From NCBI GenBank assembly GCA_046596055.1, contig JBKJNH010000240.1, positions 1 to 40,281 on the forward strand: a stretch of DNA of 40,281 nt, in the 5' to 3' direction. The notes below the pieces were generated by a model. The model was not told the origin of the DNA. It saw only the letters and a program-made list of their open reading frames with translations, and ran no database searches. The position numbers were made by a program, and so were the translations under genes. The DNA is from Candidatus Eiseniibacteriota bacterium. Its GTDB lineage: Bacteria; Eisenbacteria; RBG-16-71-46; DASYSL01. Below, in pieces: positions 1 through 7,642 of this stretch; within the stretch, counting starts at the first letter, position 1; every line of letters begins with the position of its first letter.

Positions 1-1117
1 AGACGAGGTCGAGCTCGGCGACCACCGTGGGGTCGGGCTCGATCGCCCGCCGGGCCGCCCGCGCCGCCTGCGCGTCCTCGCCCCCGAGCCGCGCCAGCGC
101 CCAGGCGGCCGCGCCCCGCACGACCGGATCCGCGTCACCGAGCGCGTTCGCCAACGCCGGCACCGCCGTGCGGTCCCCGCGATTGCCCAGCGCGATGCAC
201 ACGTTGCGCACGAAGCCCCCGCGCCCGGCGCGCAGGATCGCGCTGCCCTCGAACGTGCGGGCGAACGCGGCTTCGTCCAACGCGAGCCAGGCGACCAGCG
301 GCGTCGTCAGCAGGCCCGGGCGGGCACGCACCTCGTCGCTGCGTGCGGCCTCTGCGTAGCGATTCCACGGACAGGCGTCGAGGCAGTCGTCGCAGCCGTA
401 GATGCGTTCGCCGATCAAGGGGCGCATCTCGAGCGGGATCGCGGTCTTCAGTTCGATCGTCAGGTAGCTGATGCAGCGCCGCGCGTCGACGCGGTACGGC
501 TCGGGGATCGCACCGGTGGGGCAGGCGGCGATGCACTGCACGCAGGTGCCGCAACGACGTTCGGCGGGCGCGTCGGGTTCGAGCGCGCGGTCGAGGATCA
601 GCTCGCCGAGCACGAACCAATTCCCGAGCTCGCGGCGGATCAGGTTCGTGTGCTTGCCGACGAAGCCCACGCCCGCGCGCTCGGCCCACGGCCGCTCGAG
701 GATGGGGCCCGTGTCGACCGCGACGCGCACTTCGGCTCCCGGCAGCGCGGTGCGCGCGAAGCGGGCGAGTTCGCGCAGGCGCGAGGTGACGGCACGGTGG
801 TAGTCGCGACCGCGCGCGTAACGGGCGATGCCGGCGGCGGTGCCCGAAGGTTCGTCGGGGCGGTGGTAGTTCCAGGCGACCGAGAGGATCGAGCGCGCGC
901 CGGGCCACATCGCGCGCGGATGCGTGCGGTCCTCGCGCTGGCGCTCGAACCAGTCCAGCGCGCCGTGATCGCCGCGATCGATCCATGCCGCGAGACGATC
1001 GCCGGCCTCGTCCATCGTCGTGTCGTCGCCATCGAGACGGGCCACGCCGACGGCGGCAAAGCCCAGGCGCAGCGCCTCGGCCTTGAGCGCGGCGGTGACG
1101 TCGGCGACGTCGGTCAG
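1..1117 (-). CDS. queG: Epoxyqueuosine reductase QueG; the C-terminal end runs off the left edge. It is absent from the ORF track because it is open-ended.
   Basis: My own minus-strand translation (codons 1117 down to nt 2) gives LTDVADVTAALKAEALRLGFAAVGVARLD...WNYHRP...IARYARGRDYH...ERPWAERAGVGFVGKHTNLI...RRCGTCVQCIAACPTGAIPEPYRVDARRCISYLTIELKTAIPLEMRPLIGERIYGCDDCLDACPWNRY. A HEAT-like tail follows: NVCIALGNRGDRTAVPALANALGDADPVVRGAAAWALARLG. The two 4Fe-4S Cys clusters plus DARRCISYLTIE are the QueG signature. The only initiator next to the conserved N-terminus is CTG at 1117, overlapping the upstream stop as CTGA, so the start is uncertain. Confidence 0.85.
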   Translation of the reverse strand, partial: MTDVADVTAALKAEALRLGFAAVGVARLDGDDTTMDEAGDRLAAWIDRGDHGALDWFERQREDRTHPRAMWPGARSILSVAWNYHRPDEPSGTAAGIARYARGRDYHRAVTSRLRELARFARTALPGAEVRVAVDTGPILERPWAERAGVGFVGKHTNLIRRELGNWFVLGELILDRALEPDAPAERRCGTCVQCIAACPTGAIPEPYRVDARRCISYLTIELKTAIPLEMRPLIGERIYGCDDCLDACPWNRYAEAARSDEVRARPGLLTTPLVAWLALDEAAFARTFEGSAILRAGRGGFVRNVCIALGNRGDRTAVPALANALGDADPVVRGAAAWALARLGGEDAQAARAARRAIEPDPTVVAELDLV

Positions 1118-2829
1118 GCGGTGTTGCCCCGGTAGCGGAAGACGAGCGCGGTGATGTCGTCGGCCTGCGGGTATGCGCCGGCAAACTTGTGCACGCTGTC
1201 GACGAGGCGGTCGAGCACCTCGGAGGCCGGCGCATCGTGCGTGCCGGCGAGGCACTCCTTCAGGCGCTCCTCCTCGTACTGCTCGCCATGGGCGTTCAGG
1301 GCCTCGGTCACGCCGTCGCTGTAGAGGATGACGAGGTCGCCGGCCTCGAGCCGGATCTCCTCCTCCTCGTACGAGGCGTCGGGGAAGATGCCGACCATCA
1401 GCCCGCCCTTGTCCAGCGTCTCGAGCACGCCGTTCCTGCGCAGCACGTAGGTCGGGTTGTGCCCCGCGTTTGACACGCGCAGGCGCCCGTCGGGCTCGGC
1501 GATGGCGAAGGCGACGGTCGCGAAGCGCGATTGGATCGAGCGCCGCACCAGCGTGTGATTGAGCCGCTCGAGCGTGTCGGACGGCCCGGGCTCGTCCTCG
1601 GCGTGCGAGTTGAGGATGCCCTGGATCACGGCCGCCATGAGCGCGGCCGGCGGCCCCTTGCCCGACACGTCGCCCAGCGCGAAGCCGAGACGGCCGCCGG
1701 TGAGCTCGGTGTGCTCGTAGAAGTCGCCGCCGATGGCGCGGCAGGGCTCGGTCATCGCCGCGATCTCGAACGGTCCCGCGGCAAATCGCGCGGGCGGCAG
1801 AAGCGCGCGCTGGATCTCGGCCGCGATCTTGAGCTCGTTCTCCATCTTGTTCTTCTCTTCCACCTCGCGGTACAAGCGGGCGTTCTCGATCGCCACCGCC
1901 GCCTCGGCGGCCAACTGCTCGAACGCGGCGTGCAGATCCGCGTCCTCGAGCTTGCCCAGCCCGCCGCTGTCGACGTAGAGCACGCCGAGCGGCTGGTTGC
2001 CCGAACCACGGACCTTGGGAAGCGGCGCACAGAGCACCGAGCGGATGCCGTCGACCATCGTGTTCCGCCCGTCCGGCACCTCGTTCTCGAACACCAGGTG
2101 GCCGGATTCGAAGACGCGCGACGGCACGGTGTGGCTGCGGCGCACCGACTCGGCGTCGATCGTGCGGCGTCGTCGATCGCGCGCCATGCGGATGACAAGG
2201 CCCGTGCTGCCCGCGCCCTCGGGCGAGAGCATCACGAAGCCACGATCGGCGCTCGAGAGCGCCACTGCCTGGTCGACGACGATGGCGAGCACTTCCTCGA
2301 GCACGCGTCCTTCGGCCATCGCCTTGAGCGCCTGGCCGAGCAGGTTCATCGAGCGGCCGCTGACCTGGCCCCGCGTCTTCGCGTCCTCGGGCAGGGAAGG
2401 CGAGCCGATCGTGAACCGGCTGGTAATCTCGTCGGTGACGAGCTGGAACTCGATCGGCGGCCGGTGCGGCGAGCCGAAGTGCACGTGATCGCCGTGGGCC
2501 AGGCGGTGCGGGCCCTCGAGCTTCTTCTCGTTCACGTAGGTGCCGAACTTCGACCCCTTGTCGCGCAGAACGTATGCGGTGCCGTCCTGCGTGATCTCGG
2601 CGTGCTCGCGCGAGACGTCGCCCTCGGCGATGACGAGCTGGTTCTCAGGGAGTCGCCCGATCTTGAACGGGAACTGCTCGAGGACGCGGGCGACCTTGCC
2701 CTCGCCATCGGGAATCATCAGGCGTACGACTTCGGTCACGGCTGGAACCTCGACGGACGGAGACCACGGCTCGCAGATGGGGCATTCGAACAGCGCAGGC
2801 GAGGAGCCAACCGGTATCTTACCCGACAT
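1114..2829 (-). CDS. FHA-GAF-PP2C (SpoIIE-type) serine/threonine phosphatase
   Basis: 571-aa ORF. The FHA core is FKIGRLPENQLVIAEGDVSREHAEITQDGTAYVLRDKGSKFGTYVN. A central GAF-like region follows. PP2C/SpoIIE motifs are GGDFYE, GDVSGKGPPAALMAAV, LYSDGVTEA and DDITALVF. ATG 2829 has its GGGAG only 2-3 nt away, and the first 30 codons are unusually AT3-rich (ata, gtt, tct, cca). GTG 2739, with GAGG 8 nt upstream, is a credible alternative start. Confidence 0.85.
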   Translation of the reverse strand: MSGKIPVGSSPALFECPICEPWSPSVEVPAVTEVVRLMIPDGEGKVARVLEQFPFKIGRLPENQLVIAEGDVSREHAEITQDGTAYVLRDKGSKFGTYVNEKKLEGPHRLAHGDHVHFGSPHRPPIEFQLVTDEITSRFTIGSPSLPEDAKTRGQVSGRSMNLLGQALKAMAEGRVLEEVLAIVVDQAVALSSADRGFVMLSPEGAGSTGLVIRMARDRRRRTIDAESVRRSHTVPSRVFESGHLVFENEVPDGRNTMVDGIRSVLCAPLPKVRGSGNQPLGVLYVDSGGLGKLEDADLHAAFEQLAAEAAVAIENARLYREVEEKNKMENELKIAAEIQRALLPPARFAAGPFEIAAMTEPCRAIGGDFYEHTELTGGRLGFALGDVSGKGPPAALMAAVIQGILNSHAEDEPGPSDTLERLNHTLVRRSIQSRFATVAFAIAEPDGRLRVSNAGHNPTYVLRRNGVLETLDKGGLMVGIFPDASYEEEEIRLEAGDLVILYSDGVTEALNAHGEQYEEERLKECLAGTHDAPASEVLDRLVDSVHKFAGAYPQADDITALVFRYRGNTA

Positions 2830-3352
2830 GACTCCCTGGCTCTACTGCCCGCACTGCAGCGCCCCGCTCGAGCCCGGCGGTGAATGCCCCGCGTGTGGGG
2901 ACGGCCGCCTCCACCTTCGACGCACCGCGCCCGCGGTCGCGATGGCGGTGGTGGAGGCCGGAAAGGTCCTCCTCGTGCGCCGCAAGTACGAGCCGATGGT
3001 GGGCCACTGGGCGCTGCCGGCGGGCTTCATCGAGGGGCACGAAGCCCCGGCGGCAACGGCGCGGCGCGAGGCCGCCGAGGAAACGGGTCTGCTCATCCGT
3101 CCGACCGCGCTGCTGGGCGCGTTCTCCGGGGGTGGGCCCGAGGCGCGCGTTGTGCTGCTCGTCTACCGGGGCGTGGTCGAGGGCGGAGTGCTCGCCGCGG
3201 GTGATGATGCAAGTGATGCGGGGTTCTTTCCGCTCGACGCCCCGCCGGATCCCCTGGCCTACGGGCCGCACCGGCGTGTTCTCGACCTGCTTCGGACCGA
3301 CCCGACGGGCTGCGTTTCCGCGGTCCAAGCCGGGTGGCGTCGCAGTCGGTGA
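2828..3352 (+). CDS. NUDIX hydrolase with N-terminal zinc ribbon (NudC-like architecture)
   Basis: In frame with track ORF 2540..3352; the start is re-set to ATG 2828. The N-terminus is MTPWLYCPHCSAPLEPGGECPACG (CxxC-x10-CxxC). The Nudix box GFIEGHEAPAATARREAAEETGL fits GX5EX7REUXEEXGU. No clear SD is present. Confidence 0.8.
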   Translation: MTPWLYCPHCSAPLEPGGECPACGDGRLHLRRTAPAVAMAVVEAGKVLLVRRKYEPMVGHWALPAGFIEGHEAPAATARREAAEETGLLIRPTALLGAFSGGGPEARVVLLVYRGVVEGGVLAAGDDASDAGFFPLDAPPDPLAYGPHRRVLDLLRTDPTGCVSAVQAGWRRSR

Positions 3353-3370
3353 TATTCTCGTCAAGTTATT

Positions 3371-3387
3371 GCAAATCAATGATTTGC
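3371..3387. promoter_or_regulatory. AT-rich 8-1-8 inverted repeat GCAAATCA-A-TGATTTGC (candidate operator)
   Basis: The arms are perfect, and the repeat sits 19 nt after the NUDIX stop at the start of a low-GC spacer. TGCAAAT recurs 4 nt downstream. No known box could be assigned. Confidence 0.3.
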
Positions 3388-3446
3388 GGCTGCAAATGGC
3401 TGCCAGATCGGGGTTTCGATCGCCCCACGCCACAGCGAGATAATTG

Positions 3447-3475
3447 TTGCAAGGCGTAACGTCGCACCCTACGCT
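3447..3475 (+). promoter_or_regulatory. Candidate sigma70-type promoter TTGCAA-N17-TACGCT
   Basis: Hexamers were read directly from the sequence with 17-nt spacing. It would give a roughly 430-nt leader before mqnD (ATG 3910). It has not been validated. Confidence 0.25.
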
Positions 3476-3640
3476 CGCCAACCAGCGGGCCAAGGAGTAC
3501 CGAAAAGATTTACCGGCAGAGTTCCACGAATTCCGCGCAAGTGGATCGCGCGCTCGTGCGAACTGCGCTGATTTTCGTGACTTCCCCGTGTCTCTTGTAA
3601 TGCCCGCAGTTCGCGGGCGCTGGAGCCTGCTCCGGGGATG

Positions 3641-3692
3641 GACTTCGGGGGGAGCCACCCCGGGCGGCTCTCAGTCTTCCCGCTCTTGGGCC
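3641..3692 (+). repeat. Direct repeat copy 1 (GACTTCGGGGGGAGCCA...CCGGGCGGCT...TCTTGGGCC)
   Basis: It shares an identical 17-mer GACTTCGGGGGGAGCCA, a CCGG-CGGCT core and a terminal TCTTGGGCC with copy 2, which starts 149 nt downstream. Both copies are preceded by TCCGG-N3/4. Confidence 0.7.
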
Positions 3693-3789
3693 ATGGGCGT
3701 GATGAGTTCCGGATCACGCCTCGAAGCCAAGGGCGACAGGGATGGAGTACGGGTCCGCGAGACGGACCGACAGGACGCCGGTCCGGTCT

Positions 3790-3834
3790 GACTTCGGGGG
3801 GAGCCATTCCGGCCGGCTGTTTTGTTCTTGGGCC
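3790..3834 (+). repeat. Direct repeat copy 2
   Basis: GACTTCGGGGGGAGCCATTCCGGCCGGCTGTTTTGTTCTTGGGCC. See copy 1. The stem AGCC/GGCT is kept while the loop sequence differs. Confidence 0.7.
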
Positions 3835-3909
3835 GATTTGAACGCGTTGAGCGAGCATTCACGGGGACCTTCCGCGTACACTGCCTTCGACCCCACGGAG
3901 GCTTTTTTC

Positions 3910-4785
3910 ATGTCCAACGCGACGACCACCACCGGCAGCACTGCGACCGACGCTCCCGTCCTGCGCGTCGGCCACAGCCCCGACCCCGACGACGCCTTCA
4001 TGTTCTACGGCCTCGCCCACGGCGCCGTGAAGATCCGCAACTACCGGATCGAGCACGTGCTCGAGGACATCGAATCGCTCAATCGTCGCGCCATCGCCCG
4101 CGACCTCGAGGTCACGGCGATCTCGGCGCACGCCTACCCGCGCGTCGCCGACGCGTATCACATTCTCGCCACTGGCGCGTCGATGGGCCGCGGCTACGGC
4201 CCGATCCTCGCCGCCAGGACGCCGATGAAGCTCGCCGACCTGCGCGGCAAGCGCGTCGCGATCCCCGGCCCGTGGACGACGGCCGCGCTCCTGACGTCGA
4301 TCTACGCCGAGGGTCACGTGCCCGTCGAGGTCATGTTCGACCAGGTGCCGCAGGCGATCCTGTCGGGCGAGGTCGATGCGGGCGTGATCATCCACGAGGG
4401 GCAGTTGACGTACGGCGGCATGGGCCTGCACAAGATCGTCGACTACGGCGAGCTGTGGGCCGCCGAGACCAACGGCCTGCCGCTGCCGCTGGGTCTCGAC
4501 GTCGTCCGCGCCGACCTCGGCCCCGAGCTCTGCAGGGAGATCAACCGCGGCCTGCGCGCCTCGATTGAGCACGCCCGCGCCAACCTCGAGCCCGCGATCG
4601 ACTACGCGCTCACCTTCGGCCGGGGCCTCGACCGTGAGCTCGGCAAGAAGTTCGTCGGCATGTACGTCAGCGAGGACACGGTGGACATGGGCCAGCCGGG
4701 GCGGGAGGCCCTGCGGCTCCTGTTCCAGCGCGGCGCCGAGAAGGGGTTGATTCCGGCGGTGCCGGAGCTGGTGGTGATCGACTGA
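3910..4785 (+). CDS. mqnD: 1,4-dihydroxy-6-naphthoate synthase (MqnD; MqnA/MqnD/SBP family)
   Basis: The start is re-set to ATG 3910, in frame with track ORF 3742..4785. The N-terminal motif LRVGHSPDPDDAFMFYGLAHG is followed by IEHVLEDIESLNRRA and GASMGRGYGPIL. The gene sits in a futalosine-gene context. Confidence 0.75.
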   Translation: MSNATTTTGSTATDAPVLRVGHSPDPDDAFMFYGLAHGAVKIRNYRIEHVLEDIESLNRRAIARDLEVTAISAHAYPRVADAYHILATGASMGRGYGPILAARTPMKLADLRGKRVAIPGPWTTAALLTSIYAEGHVPVEVMFDQVPQAILSGEVDAGVIIHEGQLTYGGMGLHKIVDYGELWAAETNGLPLPLGLDVVRADLGPELCREINRGLRASIEHARANLEPAIDYALTFGRGLDRELGKKFVGMYVSEDTVDMGQPGREALRLLFQRGAEKGLIPAVPELVVID

Positions 4786-5099
4786 TGTCCGGTGTGGGAA
4801 GGCGATTCACGGCGGGAGGGCTCGCACGAGTCCTCCCGTTGCTGTTGCTGCTGTGCACGCTCGCAGGCTGCTCCGAGGACGCAGAAGACTTCGCCGTCGC
4901 CCCGGGGCTCGTTCCGCGCGCGAGCCGGATCCTCCGGATCGAGCCGGGCGGGTTCTTCGCAGGGCGCACCTGCTGGGTCTACCTGCCCGCCGGTCACATG
5001 GAGCCGCGTCGCAGCTTCCCGCGCCCTGGCCACGGCCGCTACTCCCCGATGATCTTCACCAGCACGCGCTTGTCCCGCATGCCGTCGAACTCGCCGTAG
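4785..5099 (+). CDS. Small putative lipoprotein, possibly only the 5' remnant of a longer gene
   Basis: The ATG shares its A with the mqnD stop (TGATG). The signal peptide has a convincing lipobox: [22 protein letters not shown]. The last 20 codons, from about nt 5040, are antisense to yjbQ. The mature part has no recognisable domain, although WVYLPAGH...HG faintly resembles an esterase N-terminus. Confidence 0.35.
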   Translation: MSGVGRRFTAGGLARVLPLLLLLCTLAGCSEDAEDFAVAPGLVPRASRILRIEPGGFFAGRTCWVYLPAGHMEPRRSFPRPGHGRYSPMIFTSTRLSRMPSNSP

Positions 5100-5461
5100 A
5101 AGATCTGCTCCCACGTCCCGAAGTCGAGCTTGCCCGCGGTGATCGCCACGACGACCTCGCGTCCCATGACCTGGCGGCGCAGGTGGGCGTCGGCGTTGTC
5201 CTCGCCCGTGCGGTGGTGGTGGTAGGCAGTGGGGCTCGCGTCGTAGGGAGCGAGTTTCTCCAGCCACTTCGTGAAGTCGTGGTGCAGGCCGGACTCGTCG
5301 TCGTTGATGAACACGCTCGCGGTGATGTGCATCGGGTTGACGAGCACCAGGCCCTCGCGCACGCCGCTCTCGCGGATGGCGGCCTCGACCTCGGGCGTGA
5401 GGTTGACGAACGCGATCCGCGTCTTCGTGTGGACGGTGAGGACCTTGCGGTGGGATTTCAT
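5039..5461 (-). CDS. yjbQ: YjbQ/UPF0047 family protein (secondary thiamine-phosphate synthase family)
   Basis: The start is re-set to ATG 5461, with AGGAG 7 nt upstream. The sequence is [63 protein letters not shown]...[47 protein letters not shown], typical of the family. Confidence 0.85.
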   Translation of the reverse strand: MKSHRKVLTVHTKTRIAFVNLTPEVEAAIRESGVREGLVLVNPMHITASVFINDDESGLHHDFTKWLEKLAPYDASPTAYHHHRTGEDNADAHLRRQVMGREVVVAITAGKLDFGTWEQIFYGEFDGMRDKRVLVKIIGE

Positions 5462-5504
5462 GGCGGGGCTCCTGGCGGGGGGCATTGGGGGGGGCGGCGG
5501 CGGG

Positions 5505-5554
5505 ACTTGCGCCGGCGCAAGTTGGCGGGCCGCTCGACTTGCGCCGGCGCAAGT
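5505..5554. repeat. Two copies of the perfect 18-bp palindrome ACTTGCGCCGGCGCAAGT (5505-5522 and 5537-5554)
   Basis: Both were read directly and both are exact, with starts 32 bp apart, in the yjbQ upstream spacer. A third copy of the 16-bp core lies at 36597-36612. Confidence 0.9.
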
Positions 5555-5625
5555 TGTTCGAACTGGCGGAATCCGGCGCAAACGATTGCTGTACAGTACG
5601 TTAGATTGAATCAGGCAGATGCAAT

Positions 5626-5649
5626 TCAACATGCCCCGGGGCATGTTGA
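5626..5649 (-). terminator. Perfect 24-bp palindrome TCAACATGCCCCGGGGCATGTTGA; likely hairpin terminator after mqnC
   Basis: It lies 79 nt downstream of the mqnC stop on the minus strand and is followed there by AUUGCAUCU. A near-identical hairpin occurs at 36515-36546. Confidence 0.45.
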
Positions 5650-5727
5650 TCGGCCACGCGCCAACCCAGCGACCCCCGCCCGCGCAAACTCGTCAGGCGC
5701 TCGCCCGCCCGGCCCGCCCCAGACACC

Positions 5728-6828
5728 CTAATCCGTCGCAGCCGGCTCCGGCAGGATCTCGTACAGCGTCGTCCGCTGCGCCGGCTCGAAGCCCGCCTCG
5801 CGGATCAGCGTGCGCGTCTCCTCGACGGTGGTCATGTTCACGTGGCCGGTGGCCTTGTGCACGTTCTCCTCGAACAGCGTGCCGCCAAAATCGTCCGCGC
5901 CGAACTGCAGCGAGACCTGGCCGGTTTTCTTGCCTTCGGAGAACCACGTGGCCTGCACGTGATCGAAGTTGTCGAGGATCAGGCGGCTGGCCGCGAGCAT
6001 GCGCAGATACTTCGCCGGCCCGGCATTGCGCGCCACCCACTTCCGGAGCGGCGTGTTGTCGCGCTTGTACGACCAGGGCACGAACGCGGTGAAGCCCGCG
6101 TTGCCCTCGGCGAGCGCCTTGTCCTGGAGCGTGCGGATCGACTCCAGGTGCTCGAGCACGTCCTCGGCCGTCTCGACGTGGCCGTACATCATGGTCGCGG
6201 TCGAGCGCAGGCCCACCTCGTGGGCGATGCGGTGGACGTCGAGCCACGTCTCGGGCCCGCCCTTCTTGGGCGAGATCTTCTTGCGTACGCGCTCGGACAG
6301 GATCTCGGCGCCGCCGCCGGGCAGGGACACCTGGCCCGCGTCGCGCAAAGCGGTGAGCACGCCGCGGATGTCCATGCCCGACACCTCGACCATCTGCTGG
6401 ATCTCGGGCGCCGAGAAGAAGTGCGGCGTGATGTCCGGGTAGCGCTCGCGCACGGTGCGGATCAGCCGGGGGTAGAACTCCCACGGAATGGCCGGGTTGA
6501 GCCCGCCCTGCAGCAGCACGGTGGTGCAGCCGTAGGTGTGCGCCTTCTCGACGTGCTCGAGAACCTGGTCGATCGTCAGGGTGTAGACGTCCTCGCCGAC
6601 ATACGACGGCTTGCGATAAAACGCGCAGAACGTGCAGTCGACGGTGCAGACGTTCGTGTAGTTCGGGTTCGAGTCGACGACATAGGTGACGCGCCGCTCC
6701 GGATTCTTGCGGAAGCGCACTTCCTGCGCCAGCGCGCCCAGCTCGAGCAGCGGCATGTCGGTGAGCGCGTATAGCGCTTCGTCGTGCGTGAGGCGGCGGC
6801 CGGTGTCGATCGCGAGATCAGGCGTCAA
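5728..6828 (-). CDS. mqnC: Radical SAM cyclic dehypoxanthinyl futalosine synthase (MqnC-type)
   Basis: The start is re-set to TTG 6828, with GGAAGGAG 7 nt upstream, which overlaps the mqnA stop by 11 nt. Motifs are VTYVVDSNPNYTNVCTVDCTFCAFYRKP, LLQGGLNP, SLPGGGAEI, TATMMYGHVET, GFTAFVPWSYKRDNT and FGADDFGGTLFEENV. The MqnC versus MqnE assignment comes from my recollection of family motifs. Confidence 0.7.
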   Translation of the reverse strand: MTPDLAIDTGRRLTHDEALYALTDMPLLELGALAQEVRFRKNPERRVTYVVDSNPNYTNVCTVDCTFCAFYRKPSYVGEDVYTLTIDQVLEHVEKAHTYGCTTVLLQGGLNPAIPWEFYPRLIRTVRERYPDITPHFFSAPEIQQMVEVSGMDIRGVLTALRDAGQVSLPGGGAEILSERVRKKISPKKGGPETWLDVHRIAHEVGLRSTATMMYGHVETAEDVLEHLESIRTLQDKALAEGNAGFTAFVPWSYKRDNTPLRKWVARNAGPAKYLRMLAASRLILDNFDHVQATWFSEGKKTGQVSLQFGADDFGGTLFEENVHKATGHVNMTTVEETRTLIREAGFEPAQRTTLYEILPEPAATD

Positions 6829-7642
6829 GGTGATGCTCCTTCCACAGCGCGCGGAAGCGGGCGAGGCCGGCTTCCTCGTCGGGGCCCAGGCGATAGCGGA
6901 ACGCGCGCAGGTAGCGCGCCAGCGACGGCGCGTCGCCGAGCGTCGGATCGGCCAGTGCGGCACCCGCGACGATTGCGTCGATCGAGCGCTCGCCCTCAGC
7001 GAGCGAGCGTTCGAGGAAGTCGGCCAGCCGGGCCTTCTCCTCGGCGGGCAGGCTCGTACGTACGGTCCAGACCGCGTAGACGAACGGCAGTCCCGTCCAT
7101 TCCTCCCAGGCTGCCCCGAGGTCCAGCAGGTGAAGCCCGTCGCGTTCGACCGTGCGGCGCGCGCGCAGCGCGGCGTCGCCGATCAGGAGCCACGCATCGC
7201 CCGCGGGCGGCGCACCGGCCTCGACCGCGCGGCGCGCATAGGTGACGTCCGTCGCGCCGAAGCGTCCCGCGAGCAGGATGCGCGTCAGCGCCACCGACGT
7301 CTGCGACTCGGTCGTGAGATCGACGGTGACGGGGCCCGCCCCCGGCGCGAAGAGCTCGACGAACGACCGGCGCGCGAGCAGGAACACGGACGACACCGCG
7401 CCGCGGCAGGTGATGCCGTACGCGCCCACGCGCTCGAACCGCGGGTCGAGCCCGAACCAGTCGGCGGCGGCCATGAGTCCGGCATCGACGCGACCGGCGC
7501 GCGCCTCTTCGCCGAGCGCACGCGGCGGCAGGTCGACCGTCGCGCCGGGCGCGTGGTCCCAGCGGACGTAGAACGGTGCGGCGTTGAGGTAGGGGATACG
7601 GGCGAGCGTGGCGAGCGTGGCGGTCGCGCGAGTCTCGCTCAA
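6818..7642 (-). CDS. mqnA: Chorismate dehydratase (MqnA)
   Basis: The start is re-set to TTG 7642, forming a TTGA overlap with the mqnE stop. The protein is 274 aa. It begins LARIPYLNAAPFYVRW and has the periplasmic-binding-like fold motifs typical of MqnA. The long upstream part of track ORF 6818..8539 is a wrong-frame shadow of mqnE. Confidence 0.75.
   Translation of the reverse strand: MSETRATATLATLARIPYLNAAPFYVRWDHAPGATVDLPPRALGEEARAGRVDAGLMAAADWFGLDPRFERVGAYGITCRGAVSSVFLLARRSFVELFAPGAGPVTVDLTTESQTSVALTRILLAGRFGATDVTYARRAVEAGAPPAGDAWLLIGDAALRARRTVERDGLHLLDLGAAWEEWTGLPFVYAVWTVRTSLPAEEKARLADFLERSLAEGERSIDAIVAGAALADPTLGDAPSLARYLRAFRYRLGPDEEAGLARFRALWKEHHLDA

Noticed and set aside
135-1235. 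366-aa minus-strand ORF covering the left end
   Set aside because: It is a wrong frame of queG and is extremely Arg-rich. The adjacent frame gives a textbook QueG sequence with both Fe-S Cys clusters.
3371-3387. tRNA anticodon-arm-like or Fur-box-like reading of GCAAATCAATGATTTGC
   Set aside because: As a tRNA arm, position 33 would be C and no acceptor, D or T arms can be built around it. As a Fur, Zur or PerR box, the half-site orientation is inverted (TCA/TGA point inward) and only about 4 of 7 positions match.
3641-3834. CRISPR-like interpretation of the two direct repeats
   Set aside because: There are only two copies, they are imperfect after the first 17 nt, the spacing is 149 nt, and no cas genes are present.
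3444-3858. ORFs of 115 aa (+) and 129 aa (-) inside the low-GC spacer
   Set aside because: They are low-complexity with no SD. Their repeated peptide segments simply mirror the DNA direct repeat. Codon third positions do not show the GC3 bias of real genes here.
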